Assembly (NCBI GenBank): GCA_042218325.1
Contig: JBDGRE010000020.1
Span: forward strand, 1-15,964
DNA from: Candidatus Nanohaloarchaea archaeon
GTDB lineage: Archaea > Nanohalarchaeota > Nanosalinia > Nanosalinales > Nanosalinaceae
Direction: 5' to 3'
Length of the DNA stretch: 15,964 bases
Below are positions 1-7,559 of this stretch, piece after piece; positions within the stretch are counted from its first letter, which is position 1; each line of letters begins with the position of its first letter. A program made the position numbers and the translations under genes. The notes beneath the pieces are model-generated. The model had not been told where the DNA came from, ran no database searches, and saw only the letters and a program-made list of their open reading frames with translations.

Positions 1-29
1 ATCCGCACAACCACGGAGGCAACGGGGCA

Positions 30-212
30 GTGACCATCCGCTGCACCCAGTGCCACACCCTGTCAGTCGAATACCAAAGCAGCTTCGGCTTCGAAGAATG
101 GCACTGCAAAAGTTGCGGGTACTGCGTCAGACAGAACCGGTACAGCGGTTTCATCAAAAAAGGCCGCAACGTCCAACCCGAGCTCCAGGACGAAGAGGTG
201 CAGCCTGAATGA
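30..212 (+). CDS. Small Zn-finger/Zn-ribbon protein
   Basis: CTQC...CKSC motif pair; GGAGG at 15-19 before the GTG start; ATGA overlap with the next gene. Confidence 0.75.
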   Translation: MTIRCTQCHTLSVEYQSSFGFEEWHCKSCGYCVRQNRYSGFIKKGRNVQPELQDEEVQPE

Positions 213-490
213 CTGAGGTCGCGGAAACCTCTATCAGTGCCTACCACGACATCCTTGAGAGCGGGCAGGTCAGCGAACAAGCAACCAAAGTCCTCAAAGC
301 ACTCCAAGCCTTGGACCATCCGCCCACCATCAACGAACTCAGCATGGGTCCGCTCGCCGGATGGCAAAAATCGACGATTTCAGGGAGGCTCAACGACCTG
401 AAAGACGAAGGCCTGGTCCACGTCCCCGGCAAAAGAGCCGACAAACACAACAACCGCAAGGCCAAGATCTGGGAGCTGACGATTCAATGA
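209..490 (+). CDS. Winged helix-turn-helix DNA-binding protein (MarR-like)
   Basis: T-INELS...KSTISGRLNDLKDEGLV wHTH pattern; translationally coupled on both sides. Confidence 0.8.
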   Translation: MTEVAETSISAYHDILESGQVSEQATKVLKALQALDHPPTINELSMGPLAGWQKSTISGRLNDLKDEGLVHVPGKRADKHNNRKAKIWELTIQ

Positions 491-981
491 AAGGACCTGT
501 CACACTGGAAGAAGCGGGCAGCGAGGAGATAGCGCAGGCAGTCAACACACTTGCGGACCGCGTGAACTCCCTAGAGGACCAAAACGTTGAACTCAAAGAT
601 CGTGTCACTGAGCTTGAAGAGGAGAAAAGAAAACTGCGTGGCCGCATCGACGAACTAGAAGAAGAAGTCAAAGTGGCGAAAGGCGGTAGGCAGCCAAACA
701 GCAAGCTTCAAGTGACGGACAGCGACGGCAAGCTGACGGAAGAATCGCTAAAGGTAATGCGCAAGACGCGTGACGGACCTGTCAGTGATGGAATGAGGAC
801 CAAGGACGTGAAGCAACTGCTCTCAAGTCTTGGTTATGATCGTCACCGTAGCACGGTTATTGAGTTTATGAAGAAGCTTGCTTCGAGTAGGCAGGCACTT
901 GTCTACAGATCTGCGAATGATTCGAAATCCAGGACCAAGCATTCCCGTTTAATTTGGGATGAATCCAAGCTGGAGATTTAG
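487..981 (+). CDS. Coiled-coil protein with putative C-terminal wHTH; candidate replication initiator
   Basis: True start is likely the ATG at 487 (ATGA overlap), giving 164 aa. N-terminal heptads (LADRVNSLEDQNVELKDRVTELEEE); C-terminal TKDVKQLL...HRSTVIEFMKKL HTH-like pattern. Lies directly upstream of the inverted-repeat region. Confidence 0.7.
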   Translation: MKGPVTLEEAGSEEIAQAVNTLADRVNSLEDQNVELKDRVTELEEEKRKLRGRIDELEEEVKVAKGGRQPNSKLQVTDSDGKLTEESLKVMRKTRDGPVSDGMRTKDVKQLLSSLGYDRHRSTVIEFMKKLASSRQALVYRSANDSKSRTKHSRLIWDESKLEI

Positions 982-1261
982 TGTTGTGACTGGTCGATGC
1001 ACGGCTGTTGTGCTAAAAACCCCAACACAACATCGGTTTTTCGAACCGAAGTGTTACCGAGGGGTGACGCGCGATGTTGGGAAATCGGCTAGCCAACGCC
1101 TAAGTATAGGTATATACCAGTATAACCGATTAATAATTAGTTATGACCCTGATTCTTCAGGGTCTAATTATCTCAGAAAATCCGTGACTTCTTCGCATCT
1201 TAGACCCGATGTTGTGTTGGGGTTTTTGACGCAACGGTCGGATACCGAAGAGTCACAACAC
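981..1261. repeat. Nested inverted repeats around an AT-rich core; candidate replication origin
   Basis: Perfect 22 bp IR at 1015-1036/1206-1227 and perfect 11 bp IR at 981-991/1251-1261, both centred on 1121. Repeated TGTTGTG motif; AT-rich core at ~1101-1145. Confidence 0.75.
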
Positions 1262-1286
1262 ATTTTTCGGAGGTGCAACTGACAGA

Positions 1287-1733
1287 ATGGTGTTCACAAA
1301 GAACAGGCCAAAACACAGCCAAACCACCTGGGGATTCGAAACCTTCAGGCACACGAACCAAATTCAAGCACACAAGTTCAAAATCAAATCAAAGGCGGTA
1401 GCTCGAGACACCGAAGACGCATTTCAGCAGGCAGCAGATGTTGAAGGACAGTCGGTGTATAAGCTGGCGCCGGGCAACAACTTCGACACACTGATAAAAA
1501 AGAAGAATGTCTCCAAAGGTGTTTTGAAAGCACTCAAATACAGGTATGATTTAGAGTGGGAAGAGATTTCTAAGGCGGGGTTACCAGATTTTTTAGTTGT
1601 TGATGGCTATGGAGAGCCGTTCTTTGTTGAGTTGAAGAAAGAGGGGACTGGTTTAGGAAGGAATCAGCTTAAGTGGTTCGTTCGGTTCAACAAACAGCCT
1701 AATTACCTATGCTACGCGGTGCGTGCGCCGTGA
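1287..1733 (+). CDS. VRR-NUC-like PD-(D/E)xK nuclease (possible junction resolvase)
   Basis: GLPDFLVV...FFVELKKEGTGLGRNQLKW motif; GGAGGTG Shine-Dalgarno upstream. Confidence 0.8.
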   Translation: MVFTKNRPKHSQTTWGFETFRHTNQIQAHKFKIKSKAVARDTEDAFQQAADVEGQSVYKLAPGNNFDTLIKKKNVSKGVLKALKYRYDLEWEEISKAGLPDFLVVDGYGEPFFVELKKEGTGLGRNQLKWFVRFNKQPNYLCYAVRAP

Positions 1734-1779
1734 CTGGGCCTGGCGGTGTCAAAGGCGGGTTCGATTCCTGCCGCCCGGT
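1733..1779 (+). ncRNA. tRNA-like minihelix (acceptor stem plus T-arm, no D or anticodon arm)
   Basis: ACTGGGC (1733-1739) pairs with GCCCGGT (1773-1779). GGCGGG/CCTGCC stem closes a TTCGATT loop (1760-1766). A T-run follows. Confidence 0.55.
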
Positions 1780-1788
1780 TTTTTCGCT

Positions 1789-2052
1789 ATGGCAGACGAC
1801 ATCGTTTTCGACGCGGACAACGAGCCAAAACCCAGTACACAGCAGGAATCGACGGGCGACCGACCAGTCTTTAAAGGACCGGGCGACGTTGCGGCGGCGT
1901 GGCTTGAAGAAGCGCAGGACGGGACCTACTACCTCAGCGTGCAAATTGATGTACCGTTCCTCGGTAAGGAGAACATTCCGTTGTTCCCGACGGAGGCCAA
2001 GGACATGGAAAAGTTGTTTCAAAAGGCAGGGACGGTGGCCTCAGAGAAGTAG
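1789..2052 (+). CDS. Acidic DUF736-like protein, putative ssDNA-binding protein
   Basis: Likely start at ATG 1789 (87 aa); VAAAWLEEAQDGTYYLSVQIDVP resembles the DUF736 consensus (GAAW...G..YlSv.lD.P). Confidence 0.6.
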   Translation: MADDIVFDADNEPKPSTQQESTGDRPVFKGPGDVAAAWLEEAQDGTYYLSVQIDVPFLGKENIPLFPTEAKDMEKLFQKAGTVASEK

Positions 2053-2190
2053 GGGCCGAGTTACTCGATTTCGGTCTTTAAGCCTTTCTTTTTCCGGGGT
2101 TTCAGGTACATGTGCTCGGACGGTTCTTCTTTGGGCAAGGGTAATAGAACAAGATATGGGTAAGACCACATACCCGGAGGCTGTTTCCGC

Positions 2191-2475
2191 GTGATTCCGC
2201 CGGGAAAGGGCGAAACAGTCTCCAGTGCATACAATTACGGGTTTATGTTGGCTGTTGAGAAGTTTGAGATCATTATCTTCGCGGTTTTCACCGGACTGTT
2301 CCTGAATCAGGTGGCGCAGATCTCTTTGAATCGCGGATGGGTGGACGCGCCGAAGGAAACGGCGCTGGCTGAGACGGTCAGGGATGCCGGGCTTCAGATG
2401 GCGTGGGTGTTGAGCATCTGGCTGGTCGTGACTTCGCAGATTTTCGGAAAGGCGTTGAGGGTGACCGGCGGATGA
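2191..2475 (+). CDS. Small membrane protein with two predicted TM segments
   Basis: Two hydrophobic stretches; GGAGG before the GTG start; ATGA overlap with the next gene. Confidence 0.65.
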   Translation: MIPPGKGETVSSAYNYGFMLAVEKFEIIIFAVFTGLFLNQVAQISLNRGWVDAPKETALAETVRDAGLQMAWVLSIWLVVTSQIFGKALRVTGG

Positions 2476-2747
2476 AAGAAAAGAATGCAGTGAGCGAGTC
2501 CAAGTTCAACAAGATTATGGAAAGGGTAACAGACAAAATTGATGAGTCGGAGCACGGCCTCGAAGTGGGGTTGGAGAACTGGAGGAATCAGATGGTTTTG
2601 CTTCGTCGTGCTGGCGTGGCGGACGACGACCTGGAGGATATGTTCTCCGAGCTTGAGGATTATGTCGAGGACGGGGACCGTGAGTCCGCGGAGCAGGTCA
2701 GTGCTGCGATGCGTGAAAAGGTGAAGACGGAGCTGCTGGCCAGATGA
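2472..2747 (+). CDS. Acidic helical hypothetical protein
   Basis: Start at ATG 2472 by ATGA overlap (91 aa); D/E-rich halophilic composition. Confidence 0.7.
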   Translation: MKEKNAVSESKFNKIMERVTDKIDESEHGLEVGLENWRNQMVLLRRAGVADDDLEDMFSELEDYVEDGDRESAEQVSAAMREKVKTELLAR

Positions 2748-3025
2748 AAGCCACCAAGCACTGCAACACGGAGACAGTTGAGCGCGTGTTCAAGGCTTTG
2801 TGCCGGAACCAGCTGCGGCATCAGCCGGAGAGAAATTATCCCAGGAGGATTATTCGCGATACGGATCTCGGTCGGAAAGCTGTTGCGAGCGCGTTGAATC
2901 ACTTGGAGAGGATTGGAGTGGTTAAGCGTGAGTGGAACGGGCGCAGAAAGCAGTTGACCGTGAACCCAGCTGTGTTGGAGTCGTTGAAAGAGGATTCAGA
3001 GCCCGAGTCCGAGGTCGAGGCCTAG
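2744..3025 (+). CDS. Winged helix-turn-helix protein
   Basis: RRIIRDTDLGRKAVASALNHLERIGVV wHTH pattern; last gene of the plus-strand operon. Confidence 0.75.
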   Translation: MKATKHCNTETVERVFKALCRNQLRHQPERNYPRRIIRDTDLGRKAVASALNHLERIGVVKREWNGRRKQLTVNPAVLESLKEDSEPESEVEA

Positions 3026-3241
3026 CTCGAAGTCATTTCTTTTGTTCATCTCTTCTTCTATGAATGAGATGTCTGCCTTGTATCTCCGTGTTTTGTAGCC
3101 TGTTGCGCGGTATTTCCTGCTTTGGAGGCGTTTTTTGACTTTGTCTGCTCCGAGTCTGCGGGCGGCTTTCCTGAGGAATGGTCTTCGTTCTTGGGCGTTG
3201 GCTGTGACGCGGTAGCCGAAGTCTTCGAGTGTGTCGGTCAT
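2996..3241 (-). CDS. Small basic protein, putative virion nucleoprotein
   Basis: Strongly K/R-rich in an otherwise acidic proteome; final gene of the structural operon, coupled to the upstream gene. Confidence 0.65.
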   Translation of the reverse strand: MTDTLEDFGYRVTANAQERRPFLRKAARRLGADKVKKRLQSRKYRATGYKTRRYKADISFIEEEMNKRNDFELGLDLGLGL

Positions 3242-3603
3242 GTGAAGATTCGTGCGGCTGCGACCGCGACGAACGCGGATACCGCTACCGCAAGGCCTGT
3301 GAGTATTCCGGTTCCGAACGGCAGGAGGCCGAACTGGGTGAGGGTGAAGGCTGTTGGTATCATGACTGCTGCGGTGGTGTCGAGGCTGGTCTGGTTTTGG
3401 TAGAGTCCGAATCCTAGTACGGCGAGGAGTGCGATTCCTGTGAGTGGTCTTGTGCCGACTGTTTGGGGTCCGATGGCTGTCCCGATTTCTGTGGCGAGTT
3501 TCTGGGTTTTGAGTTGGCCTGTGGTGTTCGCCAGGTCTGCGTATGTCGGTGGTTCAGTGACGTTTAAGTTGTTGTAGCTGAGTTTTTCTGTGTAGTTTGT
3601 CAT
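3238..3603 (-). CDS. Membrane protein, probably structural
   Basis: Several hydrophobic segments in the C-terminal half; N-x-T sequons near the N-terminus; ATGA coupling. Confidence 0.75.
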   Translation of the reverse strand: MTNYTEKLSYNNLNVTEPPTYADLANTTGQLKTQKLATEIGTAIGPQTVGTRPLTGIALLAVLGFGLYQNQTSLDTTAAVMIPTAFTLTQFGLLPFGTGILTGLAVAVSAFVAVAAARIFT

Positions 3604-3989
3604 CGGATTCCTCCTCCGCGGAACGCGGCTATTACTGCGACTATTGCCTGGATTGCGAGTATTCCCTGGACGAAGAGTTTGAAGGCTTGTGGCACGAAGC
3701 TCAGGTTTCCTATGACTATGATCGGTGCGAACAGGAGTTCAACGAGCGGTCCGAGGAGCGGTGCCGCAAGCACGGCGTCCGTGAGTCCTCCGCCTGTTCC
3801 TGTCCCGGTTTCGGTCCGGTTTTCGAGTGCTCCGACGACCTTTCCGTCGCCTCTGAACTGGTTGACGTATTGTTTCGGTGTACTTCCGTCCGGTCCGTCT
3901 CCGAGTGGGACGAAGCCTGCGCTGCCCATCGTGAACAGGATAAAGTTGAGTGTGAAGTTGAACACCAGGACTTGGCTGGCGGATACCAT
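3600..3989 (-). CDS. Membrane protein, probably structural
   Basis: N- and C-terminal hydrophobic helices; coupled to the spike gene by TAATG. Confidence 0.75.
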   Translation of the reverse strand: MVSASQVLVFNFTLNFILFTMGSAGFVPLGDGPDGSTPKQYVNQFRGDGKVVGALENRTETGTGTGGGLTDAVLAAPLLGPLVELLFAPIIVIGNLSFVPQAFKLFVQGILAIQAIVAVIAAFRGGGIR

Positions 3990-6900
3990 TATTGGAAGAA
4001 CACCGCTGCTGTGACGCCTATCAAGGTCGTTGTGAATACTGCTGGGTTGACGAATCCGATGAGTGCGAAGCCTCCGAGCACTGTTAATGCGAGGAGTCCT
4101 CCTCCAACGCGGTTGATTTGCCTGCCTGTTGCTATGCCTGTGGCGGAGACCACTATGATGGCGATAAAGCTCTGTGTGATGTCTCCGGTTGTGGCCTTGA
4201 GCTTTTGAACGGCGAATCCGAGGCTGGTGTCACCGAGCTCGAACGGCTGGAGGACTGTGTATCTGCGGTCGTAGTTGAAGCGTTCTCCGTTGCTTGTGAA
4301 GAAGCCCTCGACCCGGACCTGTTTCGTGTCGTTCAAAGTGAGGTTGGCGGTGACTGTTCCTCCGGTGCTGCTCCCGGTCTCAACCTTTTCGAATATCTTC
4401 GCCCCTGTCTTGTTGAAGACTTGAAGTCCGAAGACGGAGATGCTGTTCTCGCTGTCTATCACGGTGTAGTTCAAAGTGGTGTTCGGTTTCAGCGTGGCTT
4501 CTTGGGGTTTGAGGCGTTGGCTGACGCCTTGGAGTCTTGTTGTGAAGTTGAACTCCGAGGCGTCTGACAGGATGATCTGGAATGGTTTGAACTCGAAGTT
4601 CGCTGGGTTGAATGTTCCTTCGAATCCAACGAACTCGGGCGCGGTCACGACCGCGCGATACCTTGTGTCTGGGTCGAGGAAGAAGCTGGCTCCTCCTGCG
4701 GTACTGGTATCTGCCTGGGACACGGTTTTGAACGCGCCGTCGATGCGTTTCTGGATGGTGACCTGTGCGCCTGTAACAGGATTTCTTTTCGTGTCAAGCA
4801 CTTCGACACTTGTTCTTAGTCCTTGGTTCAGCGGCAGTAGGAAGGTGTCGAGCGTGGTCTTGGTGCTGCCTGTTATAGTGGTCTGATATGTCCGGGTTTG
4901 GAATCCTGGGCTTTCTACCTGTACGTCTACGTCTCCCTGGGGGAAACCTGATTTCTGTATAGCCTCGAAATCTAGGGTGGTTTGGCCTGTGTCCGGTGGC
5001 AGCGCTGTTATATCTTGTATTTGTATATTTGCGTTTTCGGTGTTGCCGTCGCCATCGTTGACGTTATAGCCAACTATGGTCATGCTTGTTACCCGTTTAG
5101 GGTTATCTAGCTGTATTTTATGGCTGCTTCCTGTATTCCCTACGTCCTCAATTCTCCCTATTCTTTGCCCGTTCACGTTTACCTCTAAATCCATTATTCC
5201 GCTGCCGCCGGTGTATGTCTCACTTATCTTTAATTCTCCGACTTTGAGGCTTGTGAGCCCGTTTTGATTTACTAAAGTCGCCTGGCCTGGGATCGAGCCT
5301 CCCTCCGTGATTGTTTTTTGCGGGCCGTTCCCGAACTCGGTTGTTATCTGGGTCTTGTTGAGTTGCTGGGTGGCCGTGGCGTTGCTGATTGTCACGGTTC
5401 GAGGGTCTAGTTCCTCGCTGGGTTTCTGTTCGTTGAAGGCGTTGAACGTGAATCCTGCGCGCTCCAGATCTAGGTTCAAGTCCTGGTTAAACGTGTTGTC
5501 TACGCCTGTCAGCGTCTGGTTTGACAGCGTAAATCCTGGGCTGTTTACCGTGACTGTAACGCTTCCTTTCGGTAACTCTGTGGTAAAGAACTCAAGCTGT
5601 CCGTCTGTCGTGTTTTTACTGAGTGTGTCTGTGCTGTTGCTGAATGTGGCGGTGAACTCGCTTATCTGCGTGTTCGATACTTTTGCGTCCGCGGTGAGCG
5701 TGTTTTTGATGTCAACTTTGAAGGTCTTGATGGTCTGGCCTTCGTTCCCGGCCTGGTCTTGTGCGAACACGGTTACGTTGTGTTGCCCGATGCTGCCGTA
5801 GTCTATCGTGGTGTTACCTGTGGTGCTTATCCGGGTGCCTCCGTCTTTCGCGTACTCGAACGTGGACGTGTCCGCGCTGCTGGTTGCGTCCGCTGCTTGG
5901 AACTTGAGAGGTATTCCTTGACTGCTGTTTGTTTTGCCGTCTGGCTCGAATATCGTGATGTTTGGCGGCGTTGTATCTATGGTGAACGTGCTGCTTTCCT
6001 GTTTGCTCCCGGCGTTCTCACTCGCCACGGCTTTAAAGCTGTGGCTTCCGTCCGCCTGGCTTGGAACAGTGCCGGTGAGAAAACCTTTGCCGGTGACGGT
6101 TTTGGTGTCGAACTTGGTTCCATCCACTTTCAAATTGACCGTGACCTGTTCGTTTGGCTCGCTGTCCGTGGTTGAGTCAACTGATACGTTAAACGCCGGG
6201 TTTTTCGTTCCTTTGAGGTTGGTCGGTTCAACGACTTGAACGCTCGGCGGGCTGTCCGTCAACGTCCTAGTCAACGCGGATGTGGCGGTTGCGCCATCGT
6301 TGTCTGCAACCGTAAAAGTTGCAGTTATGTCGCCTTCTGTCAGATTATCGGGAGGGCTGAAAGTACCGGATGCGGAACTTTTCGACCCCGTGAATATTGT
6401 CGTGCCATCGTCTTTTAGCGTGAGGTCTACGCTGCTAATCGTTCCATCCGGGTCGCTGGCACTGTACGAAAAATCTGCTGTTTGCCCGATCAAAGGAGGA
6501 TTAGGACTAATTGAAGTGGAACTAAACTGAGGTTTTGAATTAGGTATTACTCCATAGAAAGTAAGGTCCCCGATGTCTTGCTGACTTGATTCGCTATTAC
6601 TCGCAGCATGAGTCCAGTAGGCAAAAGTACTGGAGGGCGATGTATCGTAGTACCCCTTAAAATACTCGTAAGTACAGTAACCAGAGTTTGTTGATGGAGT
6701 ATAGAAAGTAATTTCGTAAGTATTCCCCTTTTTTATCTCATAATTTGAAATATCGAAGGTTACAGTAGTACTCCCACCAGTAATGTCGCTGAAAGCACCT
6801 ACTTTGGTTCCATCAGTCCAAGTGCTGTCAGCTCCTCCTTTATCTATGTATACTTCGACATTGACGTCTAGGACGGAGGTACAGTCCCCGTAAGAGTTTG

Positions 6901-7126
6901 GTGTCGGTATTTCAACCTTCTTAATTCTAAAGTCTTTATTGTAGTTGAACTCATGAGAAGAATGATAATATTTGGTGTCACGATACCCGAAGAAGTATGG
7001 TTGAAAATCTGGAGAGTTTCTTGAGCCATCCCCTATCGTATTAATAGTGTTAAATGACTTAGCCGATGCTCCGCCGACCATTCCAACTGCGAGAAATGCC
7101 AAACACAGAACCCGCCAAAGTTTCAC
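3989..7126 (-). CDS. Large membrane-anchored spike/adhesin glycoprotein with Ig-like domains
   Basis: Signal peptide (MKLWRVLCLAFLAVGMVGGASA); T/S-rich beta-strand repeats (ASDPDGTI, IDTTPPNITI, VFAQDQAGN); many N-x-S/T sequons; C-terminal TM helices, an architecture like fusellovirus VP4-type adhesins. Confidence 0.85.
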   Translation of the reverse strand: MKLWRVLCLAFLAVGMVGGASAKSFNTINTIGDGSRNSPDFQPYFFGYRDTKYYHSSHEFNYNKDFRIKKVEIPTPNSYGDCTSVLDVNVEVYIDKGGADSTWTDGTKVGAFSDITGGSTTVTFDISNYEIKKGNTYEITFYTPSTNSGYCTYEYFKGYYDTSPSSTFAYWTHAASNSESSQQDIGDLTFYGVIPNSKPQFSSTSISPNPPLIGQTADFSYSASDPDGTISSVDLTLKDDGTTIFTGSKSSASGTFSPPDNLTEGDITATFTVADNDGATATSALTRTLTDSPPSVQVVEPTNLKGTKNPAFNVSVDSTTDSEPNEQVTVNLKVDGTKFDTKTVTGKGFLTGTVPSQADGSHSFKAVASENAGSKQESSTFTIDTTPPNITIFEPDGKTNSSQGIPLKFQAADATSSADTSTFEYAKDGGTRISTTGNTTIDYGSIGQHNVTVFAQDQAGNEGQTIKTFKVDIKNTLTADAKVSNTQISEFTATFSNSTDTLSKNTTDGQLEFFTTELPKGSVTVTVNSPGFTLSNQTLTGVDNTFNQDLNLDLERAGFTFNAFNEQKPSEELDPRTVTISNATATQQLNKTQITTEFGNGPQKTITEGGSIPGQATLVNQNGLTSLKVGELKISETYTGGSGIMDLEVNVNGQRIGRIEDVGNTGSSHKIQLDNPKRVTSMTIVGYNVNDGDGNTENANIQIQDITALPPDTGQTTLDFEAIQKSGFPQGDVDVQVESPGFQTRTYQTTITGSTKTTLDTFLLPLNQGLRTSVEVLDTKRNPVTGAQVTIQKRIDGAFKTVSQADTSTAGGASFFLDPDTRYRAVVTAPEFVGFEGTFNPANFEFKPFQIILSDASEFNFTTRLQGVSQRLKPQEATLKPNTTLNYTVIDSENSISVFGLQVFNKTGAKIFEKVETGSSTGGTVTANLTLNDTKQVRVEGFFTSNGERFNYDRRYTVLQPFELGDTSLGFAVQKLKATTGDITQSFIAIIVVSATGIATGRQINRVGGGLLALTVLGGFALIGFVNPAVFTTTLIGVTAAVFFQ

Positions 7127-7365
7127 CGCGCCCGCCTCCTTCTCTTCTTTCGTGCTGAAAGCTCTGTGTTTGCAGCAGCACTCCCGAGGACAAGCAACAG
7201 AAACAACGGGAAGAACCCGGCCATAAAAGCCTTTGTCAACGGGTTCTCGGCTGTCTGAAACCCGGTGCTCAAGGCCTCAAACAGGACTGGGGCCATGGCC
7301 GCGGAAAGAAACAGGACTGATCCGATGAAAAGAACGGAGGTAAAGGTGATGAGACGGCCCTTCAA
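7123..7365 (-). CDS. Hydrophobic hairpin protein with poly-basic tail; possible minor capsid protein
   Basis: Probable TTG start at 7365 overlapping the upstream stop (TTGA), 80 aa; two hydrophobic helices followed by RKKRRRRAR. Confidence 0.65.
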   Translation of the reverse strand: MKGRLITFTSVLFIGSVLFLSAAMAPVLFEALSTGFQTAENPLTKAFMAGFFPLFLLLVLGSAAANTELSARKKRRRRAR

Positions 7366-7559
7366 CGTATTTCGTCGCCTCCTATCGCGCTCGTGACCGT
7401 TGACAGAAGCAAGATCGCCGGAATCGAAATCAGGATGAGGTCGGCGACCTGCCCCGTGAACGGCAGAATCGTGTTTACGGCCTGCTGCATCAATGGGACG
7501 ACAGCTGCGAAGGCCGCCAACGTGACTAAAAGTCCGACAATATTTTCCACGCTGCTCAC
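7362..7559 (-). CDS. Capsid-protein paralogue (minor capsid protein)
   Basis: 65 aa two-helix hairpin. VVPLMQQAVNT...TGQVADLILISIPAILLL parallels GIPVVQEVINT...TGISATVVGFVPVGL of the MCP. Confidence 0.7.
   Translation of the reverse strand: MSSVENIVGLLVTLAAFAAVVPLMQQAVNTILPFTGQVADLILISIPAILLLSTVTSAIGGDEIR

Noticed and set aside
981-1261. MITE/IS element
   Set aside because: No transposase in the window and no evident target-site duplication; the nested boxes and AT-rich core fit an origin better
959-1282. 107 aa ORF across the inverted-repeat region
   Set aside because: Overlaps symmetric repeat DNA, has atypical composition and no recognisable motif; more likely non-coding
1733-1779. Bona fide tRNA gene
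   Set aside because: No D arm or anticodon arm; only 14 nt separate the acceptor strand from the T-arm
3989-7126. Diversity-generating retroelement or invertible cassette acting on the spike
   Set aside because: No reverse transcriptase, and no template/variable repeat pair or flanking inversion sites seen by eye
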